Assembly (NCBI GenBank): GCA_029934065.1 | Contig: JAOZMX010000002.1 | Coordinates: forward strand, 138 to 60,090 | Reading direction: 5' to 3' | From: Bacteroidales bacterium | GTDB lineage: Bacteria > Bacteroidota > Bacteroidia > Bacteroidales > 4484-276 | DNA length: 59,953 bases | In this document: positions 18,601-25,115 of the stretch, in pieces | Layout: the number at the start of each line of letters is the position of its first letter | Numbering within the stretch: position 1 is the first letter of the stretch | Translations under genes and position numbers: made by a program | Notes under the pieces: model-generated | Told to the model about the DNA's origin: nothing | Seen by the model: the letters and a program-made list of their open reading frames with translations, nothing else | The model's database searches: none

Positions 18601-20930
18601 CCGTTATTGACCACCCTGTCTTCCACATAGAATTCTATTCCGTAAGAGGTATTCCAGATAATGTGGCCGTTGTTGATAAAATCACCTGTTGAATAAATAT
18701 AGACATCATTGCTATATCCCGACCTGTGCGTGATGGTGTCGGTAAGTGTAACATCATGGAAAGCGTTGTTATTGCCGCCGAAATATATTTTCCCTTCGAT
18801 AAAGAGTTGTTCGAAAGTAACGTTCGTGGCGGTGCCGCCTCCGTCAACAATGATCTTATGCCCGTTACCTCCGATAATGATCCCGGTGAGGGCACCGCCC
18901 GTGATCATCAGATCATCATCCAGCAAATTGAATTTACCCCAGTTCAAATCCACATCACACCCGTTGAGTAAAACCGCACCTACGGCAAAAATATCACCGG
19001 CCGTTTTGGAAGAGGTGACATCTGTATCGGTAACCGGAAAATTCGGACTTTCGAAAAACTGATCGGCATCACCTGTGAAGTTAATTTTTTTGGCATTGAA
19101 TTTTCCGTAATTATAAAAGTTGCCTGCGATCTCAAAATTTATCTTGTAACCGTTTCCATAGGTAATGACGCCGTTGTTTGTAAAATCTCCGTCAACAACA
19201 AGGATGGGTGTGTGATTGGAAGTACTGTAATTTTGCAAAGTATCTTCCACCGTTACATCGGTAAAATGATTGTTGTCGCCCCATAGCTGACATTTTCCTT
19301 TTAATATTGTGCTGGCAACCTGCATTTCTTTAAGATAAGCCGTGCCATGTTGTTCAAAGTACCGGTTGTCCGAAACAAGGGTTCCGTTTAGGAGTTTTCC
19401 GTCCTGCATGGTCATGTTTCCGTTTGCAAGGGTCAATGTAGCTCCCGAAAGATCAATATCGGCATCTATAAAAGTAAAATCCGAACCGAGAATGATCGAA
19501 CTCGTAGGATCGGTATCGTAAACCTGGTCAACGTTGATCACGCTGTTCTTCGTTGTGGAATAAAGGTTCTGGTCGGAGGCTCCGGCAAAGATCAGGTCTT
19601 CGACATCCACCGGTCCGTTCACCTCAAAATCGCCGTAAAGCGTCATTTGCAAAGCATAGCCGTTGTATCTGATGATGATGCCGTTGTTGATCAGATCACC
19701 TTCAAAGGTTACCGGTATTTGGGAATTGGCATTATTTTTCTGTAAAGTATCAAGCACCACGGTTTCACCGGTAAACACACACCCTTTATAGCAAGTGAAG
19801 GCGCCACCGAGTTGTGCCTGGTGAATGACGGCATACCGGATGGAAGCATTGTCGCGGAGTGTGAGTTGATAACCGGAAACGTCAATCAACGCATTGCTCA
19901 TATCAATCAACGCATGATGAATTTCCCAGTTGTTGTCCAATACAATATCCGAAAGCGTATCCTGCCCGTAAATGTTGTTACAATATATCCATGTGTCCGG
20001 AGCAAAATCAACGTGCTGGTCGGATGTTCCGTTAAAATAAACGTCCGAGGAATTCCAAATTCCCGTATTGGTAACATCTCCCGTAAAAACCAAATGGAGA
20101 TGATTGTTGGTCTCGGTGATCAGTCCGTTGTTGGTGAAATTTCCGTTAACCTGAAAGGTGCGTGTTCCGTTAAGGAGGTTTTGCAGCGTATCTTCGTTAA
20201 CGATCTCACCGGAGGCCGTGTTGCCGGTACCCAGATTAAACAGTCCTTTCAAGACAAGGTTATCCAGCGTGCAATGATCCGTATAGGCTCCGCCGCTCAG
20301 TTTCAAGGCCGAATTGTTGCCGGTAATATTAGCATACCTGATGGCTTTGTCCGAAACCGCCACCTCTATATTGGGAGCAAATTCAACGGCCGTACCGTTC
20401 ATGATCATTTCGATATTGACAAATGTTACATCGGTAAGAAAACTAATCGGACTACCGGCATCCTCGTCTTCAAAGAAAACACCTGATCGTGTGGTATTGA
20501 AAATTTTCCCCGGGGTAGCCGAGATAGATTGTCCGGTACTGCCGATGAACGTAACCCTCGGGGAAGACCAAATGCCGTTCAGTTGTAAATTCCCTCCCAG
20601 CCTGATATAAAAATAATTGTTGGTATAGGTAACCGTACCGTCCACATAAAAGTTTCCCGTAATCACCAAAGTTCTGCTTCCGTTGACTTTGTTTTGGAGC
20701 GTGCCGGCGGGAGCAACATACAGGTGCATGCACGAATCTCCGTTCAGAATGTTGACCATGTGTTGCACCACAACACTGTCGGCAGAAGTGGGGGCAATGC
20801 CGCCTGCCCATGTGGCTCCGTTATTCCAGTCCCCGTCCTGGGCCGAAACAACTGTTGCTGCTTGCGCGTGTATCGAAATGGCGATCGTAGCCATTAAAGC
20901 AATCGCGAATTGTGTAAATATTTTTTTCAT
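15675..20930 (-). CDS. Giant secreted T9SS cargo protein. Order: six beta-helix-like repeats, Ig-like/Cys-containing repeats, shared C-terminal cassette, T9SS CTD
   Basis: The ORF track gives 15675-20954. The second ATG at 20930 starts a typical signal peptide (MKKIFTQFAIALMATIAISIHAQA). The reading frame stays open for 5.3 kb. Ig-like segments: YQWYKNGLEITGATGSTLNF...GFYQCE and LTYTWYHDGEPVY...DAGEYWCDV. Two PFTYSWSPATGLSDP/GYVYSWTPATGLSDP repeats. C-terminal cassette and CTD as described in the findings. Confidence 0.9.
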   Translation of the reverse strand: MKKIFTQFAIALMATIAISIHAQAATVVSAQDGDWNNGATWAGGIAPTSADSVVVQHMVNILNGDSCMHLYVAPAGTLQNKVNGSRTLVITGNFYVDGTVTYTNNYFYIRLGGNLQLNGIWSSPRVTFIGSTGQSISATPGKIFNTTRSGVFFEDEDAGSPISFLTDVTFVNIEMIMNGTAVEFAPNIEVAVSDKAIRYANITGNNSALKLSGGAYTDHCTLDNLVLKGLFNLGTGNTASGEIVNEDTLQNLLNGTRTFQVNGNFTNNGLITETNNHLHLVFTGDVTNTGIWNSSDVYFNGTSDQHVDFAPDTWIYCNNIYGQDTLSDIVLDNNWEIHHALIDMSNALIDVSGYQLTLRDNASIRYAVIHQAQLGGAFTCYKGCVFTGETVVLDTLQKNNANSQIPVTFEGDLINNGIIIRYNGYALQMTLYGDFEVNGPVDVEDLIFAGASDQNLYSTTKNSVINVDQVYDTDPTSSIILGSDFTFIDADIDLSGATLTLANGNMTMQDGKLLNGTLVSDNRYFEQHGTAYLKEMQVASTILKGKCQLWGDNNHFTDVTVEDTLQNYSTSNHTPILVVDGDFTNNGVITYGNGYKINFEIAGNFYNYGKFNAKKINFTGDADQFFESPNFPVTDTDVTSSKTAGDIFAVGAVLLNGCDVDLNWGKFNLLDDDLMITGGALTGIIIGGNGHKIIVDGGGTATNVTFEQLFIEGKIYFGGNNNAFHDVTLTDTITHRSGYSNDVYIYSTGDFINNGHIIWNTSYGIEFYVEDRVVNNGEWKTESLVFNGDDMHYIESQNGNPFEIDDILIGTKGGDVTVENELYLLNAVLDFGGRNLYLPEFGLLDINGCTIKNAIVTCEGEEYADVVCTGKCTLNTTIFDHLSISGTVDLRPNTFTDCILNGIMQNDDVINSYPTQWFEGVFENNGSVINHPGDNYKLDAEILGHVYNDGIWEIRKNYWKGEDDQDIYILNDNAVNTPSEFWAMLGTGGYQWYKNGLEITGATGSTLNFASITANERGFYQCETNEGSSRIIRVCTPVEIDLVSEAWFCQYESVMIEATPLTGNDPFTYSWSPATGLSDPTIANPLANPSVPTLYTVTITDSIGCRGEAQVFVQQYPQLYADAGDDEAICYGSSTVLQGSASGGEPGYVYSWTPATGLSDPGIANPTANPDETTTYTLTVTDGNGCWETDDVTVTVNPLPIPYVLTLGGHFCDGVLAAIVEVANSEVGVDYYLMRDGVLTGDVLAGTGSYLEFYTTPLSGTYTVKGINATTNCENMMTGAIPVEVDYAPVITAQTQDDARVVNSQFTFFVDATGTEPLTYTWYHDGEPVYTSAANTYTIPSLSLDDAGEYWCDVENNCGIAETDVINLIVLDAQIVNIPAGWSGLSTYLDVWDAEVEKIFQYINSQLIIVNDFEQMYWPAQGINTYSNGEWNTYLGAQIKLTEAATVEFDGLHPDDLSINLNPGWYYLPVLDHCPVAADDVFSPINSKLDIVKDIAGTRVYWPQYGITTLNTLEPGLAYLIKVNEPCEITFSVCQKSGAGQANALRPENTDPWPEPVYSPTSHVIALPENVAAGTLLPGDRIGVFNSENTCCGFAQYTGGSISITAFGDDPGTAANDGLTPGEPMTLRLYRPATGETFVLVPLYDAYAGETNYFAVNGISVISALKAEATGMEDAAGYTISVYPSPTHGILFIDGIVDKTTIEITNASGQLIYHGQSNSNTSVNLTGKPAGLYMVKISGNQKTFIQSVMVE
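15678..15900 (-). other. T9SS type-A C-terminal sorting domain of the 1751-codon product
   Basis: Terminal sequence YTISVYPSPTHGILFIDG...IEITNASGQLIYHGQ...GLYMVKISGNQKTFIQSVMVE fits the Por-secretion-tail pattern. Confidence 0.75.
18000..20858 (-). repeat. Six tandem protein repeats of ~146-171 aa (beta-helix-like) in the 1751-codon gene
   Basis: A recurrent block (D/G)TLQN...V.GDF.NNG.I...G...N.G.W....F.G..DQ has anchors at residues ~85, 256, 402, 572, 740 and 911 (numbered from the 20954 start). Examples: GTLQNKVNGSRTLVITGNFYVDGTVT, DTLQNLLNGTRTFQVNGNFTNNGLIT, DTLQNYSTSNHTPILVVDGDFTNNGVIT. Divergent at the DNA level. Confidence 0.7.
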
Positions 20931-20956
20931 AGTGGTAAATTTTTGGGTGATCATAA

Positions 20957-21127
20957 TTAGTCTTCGTCGTTTGTATCTTTCGGTTTTTTCTTGCCAAATG
21001 ATTGAATGATTTTCTTGAGGGCTTCCTGTTGTTGCTTGAGACGTTTCTTGGTCTCGGCGATTTCAAAGGAATCGTCCTCGTTTTTTTTTGTTGATTTTTT
21101 TTTCGATGGTTTTCTGCCGGGTTTCAT
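20957..21127 (-). CDS. Small lysine-rich hypothetical protein (56 aa) directly upstream of the 1751-codon gene
   Basis: ATG at 21127 (MKPGRKPSKKKSTKKNEDDSFEIAETKKRLKQQQEALKKIIQSFGKKKPKDTNDED). An exact TAnnTTTG box lies 20 nt upstream. The stop lies 26 nt before the preferred ATG of the giant gene (2 nt before the ORF-track start at 20954). No homology recognised, and the composition is low-complexity, so coding status is uncertain. Confidence 0.4.
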   Translation of the reverse strand: MKPGRKPSKKKSTKKNEDDSFEIAETKKRLKQQQEALKKIIQSFGKKKPKDTNDED

Positions 21128-21147
21128 TGCTGTGAATGGATTTTCAA

Positions 21148-21155
21148 CAAAAATA
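21148..21155 (-). promoter_or_regulatory. Candidate -7 promoter box (TATTTTTG on minus strand) for the small ORF plus 1751-codon gene
   Basis: Exact TAnnTTTG match 20 nt upstream of the ATG at 21127. It lies inside the longer ORF-track version (start 21178), which argues against that longer start. Confidence 0.45.
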
Positions 21156-21716
21156 ATCCGGCGGGCAGGCAAATACAAATTTGTGGCGTACTCAAAAGGC
21201 TACAACTCCGGGTTCAAAAAGTAGCAAAACGTGTATATAACTGGAAATCTATCCGATAAGAAGGTGATATATCGAAAAGGAATCTACACTTTTTACAATA
21301 CAAGCCTGAAAAAAAGCCGCTTTGCGGGAAGGCATTGACCTGTGAATTATCTTTTTTTTAATTTCCCAAATGAAGAATTTTTTGAAGAAGAGCCACGTTC
21401 AGATGATCGAATAAATGGATGGTTGGATGGTTGAGGTTCTTCTTTCTCGTTTTGTCAAGATTATTGCTGATTCAAAAGGTTGCCGGTTGTATCGAGGCTA
21501 TTACGGTTTAGAAAAAATTCTATTAGTACGTAGGCCGCATTCGATGCTTTTGCTTACTTTTTTGGCCATTCAAAAAAGTAAGAGAATGAGGGAAATCTGA
21601 AAGCAGTGTAGTTGCTGGCGCAAAAACTCGCCGGTTGTTCATCGTCAAAGGTCTCTATTGTTAGTTTTGCTTCCCAAGAGGCTATGGCATCTCAAATAAT
21701 ATATTCTCAACGACCA

Positions 21717-24680
21717 TCAATTCTCCGGTTTCATCACCACACCGATTTTCTTTTTTCCGTCGATCTTGATGATCAGCGGCTTTTCAAAGCGGACATGCCG
21801 GATAAATTGGTCTTCGTATTCCGCTTCCATTTGATTCAGGTAATCAATATCGTAAAAGCCGTCGTTGATATATGGGTTGATGGTTAAATATCCCACTCTG
21901 AAGGAGGTGAGGTTCTGGAAAAAATGGGTTCCCTGACTGGGGTCAATGCGGTAATTTTTCAGCCCGGATTCAACAATAAGCCGTGCTGCCGATATTTGGG
22001 GCCATTTCACGGGGATGCCCAGCCACGGGTCGGCGGACCCCCATCTGCCGGGTCCCACGAGGATAAAATTTTTGCCTCCGGACAGGAAAGTGTCATTGAG
22101 TTTTCCGATGGTTTCGGCAATTTCGCGTGTGTGTGAGGCGTCAAAACCATCGGGCTTTACGTAAACAAAATCAACGATGTTGTCAATGATCCCGTTCCCC
22201 AGGGCATTTGCCGCCCAAATGACAGTTTCCTGTGGTTTTATCTTTTGCAGGTCCTCATCAATGGTTTCGGTACTGTTGACAATGGGCCGGATTTGAAGCA
22301 GATAAAATATCACCGGCTTGCCTTTCGGAACGTTCAGGTCAACGGCAAATTCAATCTCAATTCCGTTGTTCATCTCACGCTGGCCGATCTCAAGGATATC
22401 GCGGAGGATTTCCGCCAACGGAAAGACCTCATGTTTCAGGATGTTTGAGAAAGTGATCAGTTTTTTGCCCGGATAATTCACGCCGTCCCGGATGATGTTG
22501 CTGTTGTAATCGTAGGTTGAAGCCACCCATTTCAGGGAGCGGTCTTTTTCGGCCTCGCTGATGCGCAGTTTCAGCAAATTAACGGAATCGTCAACACAGG
22601 ATTTGAAATGTTCGGCATTGAGGTCGAGGGCATAAAAAGCTCGTTGCGTCTCCCGCAGGGCCATATCGGGCGATGACAGTTGAAGGATTTTTTTCGGATA
22701 TTTCGGCGAAAACCGCAATGTATTTCCTCCGTCCACGATGTATTTTCCCAGACCCAGCGCAATGTTGGCAATGCCGTCCTCGGATTGCTCGGGCGGGATG
22801 GGATAGAAATTGATCGAACGGGCAACACCCGATAAAGTGGGATAAAACCGGTCGCCGTATTGCGACCCGCAAACTTCCTGCAAAACAATCGCCATCTTTT
22901 CTTCGTCAATCACATTGAGCGTGGCATTCATGTAAGCCTTGCTGTCTTTGTAAAATGCGGAAGCATAAACGCTTTTGATGGCCATGCTCAGGTTGGTGAT
23001 CATCAGCCGTTCGTCATCCTCAACATTGGGGATCATGTAGGTGGAATAAATGCCGGCAAAGGGCTGGTAATGCGAGTCTTCGAGCAGGCTGGAGGAACGG
23101 ATGGCAATGGGGTTGTGTATCACAGAGATGAAAGCATAAAGGTCTTCGTGAATGCGAAACGGCAATCTTGCCGCAACGAAAGCATCGAGGATCTCACGGT
23201 CGGAACGGTCGGAAAGCGCAATGTCGTACAGATGATTTTCTTCCATAAATTCGTCGAACACATCGGTACACAAAACCGTGGTTCGCGGTATGGAAACGAT
23301 GATATTGTCGTATTTGTCGAACAGGTTGTTGCGTTTGATCAAAGAATCAATAAATGCCAGACCGCGGGCTTTTCCTCCGAGCGAACCATCTCCGATACGC
23401 GAAAAATTGAGGTATTCGTCAAACTGATCACGGTGAAATTCGGCAATCACACCCCGTCCTTTGTACATCCTGTACTTGGCAATGGCATCGTAAAGGTACC
23501 TTCGGATTTCGTCCAGATTGCTGAAGTCTTCGGTGGTGAATTGTTTGAATAGATCGGCCAAAGGAAAAAGCGCCCTGGCACGCAGCCATTTCGAGATGTG
23601 ATTCCGTGTGATATGGTACGAAAGCGAATCGTCGGGAATTTGGAAAAGTATTTCCTGCAAAGTCTTCAGATCGGGAGCCCGGGCAATCTCTTTCCCGGTT
23701 TTCGGATTGATAAACACAAAATCGCCGAAAGCAAAAAACCCCGTGATGAATTTGCGCAACTGCAGTGAGAGTGTTTTTGAATTTTTATTGATGAATCCCA
23801 CCTTCAGGGCTTTTGCAATCTCTTTGGCATCGTCGTCCGACGACTGAAGAAGCAGGGGCATGTACTTGTTGTCCTTTTTCACCATCTCGCACAAATGCTT
23901 TCCGGCAAATTTGTCATGAACACCGTTTCGGGTATAGCTCAAATCGGTGATGATGCCCAGCATGTTGTTTTTGTATTTGTGGTAAAATTCTTCCGCTTCC
24001 TCATAGGAAGTTGCCAGCAATATCTTCGGGCGTCCTCTCATCCTCAACATCTTCTGGTGTTCGTTCAAACCTTCCATCATAAAGGTTTTGGACTGTTTGA
24101 AAATGATCTTGTAAATATTGGGCAGATAAGACGAATAAAACCTCACCGAATCTTCCACCAGCATGATGACCTGCACACCCACTTTATTTACGTCGTGTTC
24201 CACATTCATCTTGTCTTCAATCAGTTTGATGATGGCAAGCAGGATGTCGGAATTGCCCAGCCAATTGAATACATAATCAATGTTTTTCAACCTCCCCGAA
24301 TAGAGCTTCATGGAAAACTCGCGCGAAAACGGTGTGAGCAAAACCGCCGGTATGTCCGGATATTTTTGTTTGATCTTATCAATGATCATTTCGTCGAAAG
24401 CACTCAACATCAGAATGATCAGGTCAATATTTTCCTCCTCCAGGATCTTTTCGGCTTCGGCATGTGTATTGGCCACAAGAAACTGCGGCGGATAACGAAG
24501 ATTCAGCGAAACATATTCGTTAAAAATCTGTTCGTCAATCCTGCCGTCGTCTTCAATGATGAAGGTGTCGTATTTGGTTGCGACCAACAGCACATGGTAG
24601 ATCCTTTTGTGCATCAAACTGTTGAACGAAGTATCGCTGAAAAGGTATTTTCTGGTTAATGTTTTTGTTTTTTCCGACAT
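21717..24680 (-). CDS. Receiver-domain-containing PEP/pyruvate-binding (PPDK_N ATP-grasp-like) protein
   Basis: 987-codon ORF with ATG start and no signal peptide. Two CheY-like stretches are present (HVLLVATKYDTFIIEDD...DLIILMLS and VIMLVEDSVRFYSSYLP...LGIITDLSY...PLLLQSS). The central block GDGSLGGKARGLAFIDSLI resembles the GGKAxxL motif of PPDK/PEP synthase nucleotide-binding domains. The C-terminal block is LVGPGRWGSADPWLGIPVKW...PSQGTHFFQN. I did not see a canonical phosphohistidine swivel or PEP-binding TIM-barrel. Confidence 0.75.
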   Translation of the reverse strand: MSEKTKTLTRKYLFSDTSFNSLMHKRIYHVLLVATKYDTFIIEDDGRIDEQIFNEYVSLNLRYPPQFLVANTHAEAEKILEEENIDLIILMLSAFDEMIIDKIKQKYPDIPAVLLTPFSREFSMKLYSGRLKNIDYVFNWLGNSDILLAIIKLIEDKMNVEHDVNKVGVQVIMLVEDSVRFYSSYLPNIYKIIFKQSKTFMMEGLNEHQKMLRMRGRPKILLATSYEEAEEFYHKYKNNMLGIITDLSYTRNGVHDKFAGKHLCEMVKKDNKYMPLLLQSSDDDAKEIAKALKVGFINKNSKTLSLQLRKFITGFFAFGDFVFINPKTGKEIARAPDLKTLQEILFQIPDDSLSYHITRNHISKWLRARALFPLADLFKQFTTEDFSNLDEIRRYLYDAIAKYRMYKGRGVIAEFHRDQFDEYLNFSRIGDGSLGGKARGLAFIDSLIKRNNLFDKYDNIIVSIPRTTVLCTDVFDEFMEENHLYDIALSDRSDREILDAFVAARLPFRIHEDLYAFISVIHNPIAIRSSSLLEDSHYQPFAGIYSTYMIPNVEDDERLMITNLSMAIKSVYASAFYKDSKAYMNATLNVIDEEKMAIVLQEVCGSQYGDRFYPTLSGVARSINFYPIPPEQSEDGIANIALGLGKYIVDGGNTLRFSPKYPKKILQLSSPDMALRETQRAFYALDLNAEHFKSCVDDSVNLLKLRISEAEKDRSLKWVASTYDYNSNIIRDGVNYPGKKLITFSNILKHEVFPLAEILRDILEIGQREMNNGIEIEFAVDLNVPKGKPVIFYLLQIRPIVNSTETIDEDLQKIKPQETVIWAANALGNGIIDNIVDFVYVKPDGFDASHTREIAETIGKLNDTFLSGGKNFILVGPGRWGSADPWLGIPVKWPQISAARLIVESGLKNYRIDPSQGTHFFQNLTSFRVGYLTINPYINDGFYDIDYLNQMEAEYEDQFIRHVRFEKPLIIKIDGKKKIGVVMKPEN

Positions 24681-24703
24681 GTAATTGCGTTATGGATTTT
24701 TGA

Positions 24704-24724
24704 GCAAATTTATTGAAAATTTGC
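24704..24724 (-). promoter_or_regulatory. Candidate promoter (-7 box TAAATTTG at 24705-24712) embedded in a perfect palindrome GCAAATTT-N5-AAATTTGC
   Basis: An exact TAnnTTTG match on the minus strand lies 24 nt upstream of the ATG at 24680. The 8-bp arms (24704-24711 and 24717-24724) are perfect reverse complements, giving an operator-like geometry. Confidence 0.4.
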
Positions 24725-25070
24725 TTTGATGATTTCAAATATTTAATATGGATTGAACCTCAGCAATATAACAGAAGTGCTGAGGTTGAAAAACCAACAA
24801 AAACCGCAGTTTGGAAAAGTTTACTAATAATTTACCCGGGCCTGAGGACATTACAGGTTGATTCCGGGCCCGGAGAGCTATGCAAAACTTTCTGTTTTTC
24901 TTCGGAGGAAACGGCTTGAACAGAGCATGATCCGCCGGATTTTGGGAGTGTCTAATACCAATCCAAAAGGAACGCTCTTTTGCCAAATTCAAAACTCATT
25001 ATCACCCGGCGGATAATAATTGAACCTCTGCAAATAATAATTTGTCCATCGCGGTTCAGTTTTTCCATTC

Positions 25071-25078
25071 TAATTTTA
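25071..25078 (+). promoter_or_regulatory. Near-consensus -7 box (TAATTTTA) upstream of the 1570-codon gene
   Basis: Seven of eight positions match TAnnTTTG (last G is A). It lies 37 nt upstream of the ATG at 25116. Weak, motif-only call. Confidence 0.25.
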
Positions 25079-25115
25079 TTGAGAAAAAAACAAAATAACT
25101 TAAATACTTATTCTT

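Noticed and set aside
21553-21582. Perfect 11-bp hairpin CTTACTTTTTT-N8-AAAAAAGTAAG considered as the terminator of the REC-PPDK_N gene
   Set aside because: The stem is almost entirely A/T and no U-tract follows it on the minus strand. It lies ~135 nt past the stop. It may be structural noise in an AT-rich spacer, so I did not call it as a feature.
21415-21887. Small plus-strand ORFs (21415-21600 and 21612-21887) in or next to the 538-bp spacer
   Set aside because: They are short and have no motifs. The second starts at a non-ATG codon and runs antisense into the REC-PPDK_N gene. There is no promoter box. I also found no tRNA-like or other obvious structured RNA in 21179-21716.
24930-25014. 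Invertible-promoter (phase-variation switch) hypothesis for the 9-bp inverted repeat ATCCGCCGG/CCGGCGGAT
   Set aside because: The arms are short. The enclosed 67 bp contains no TAnnTTTG box in either orientation. No site-specific recombinase gene is nearby.
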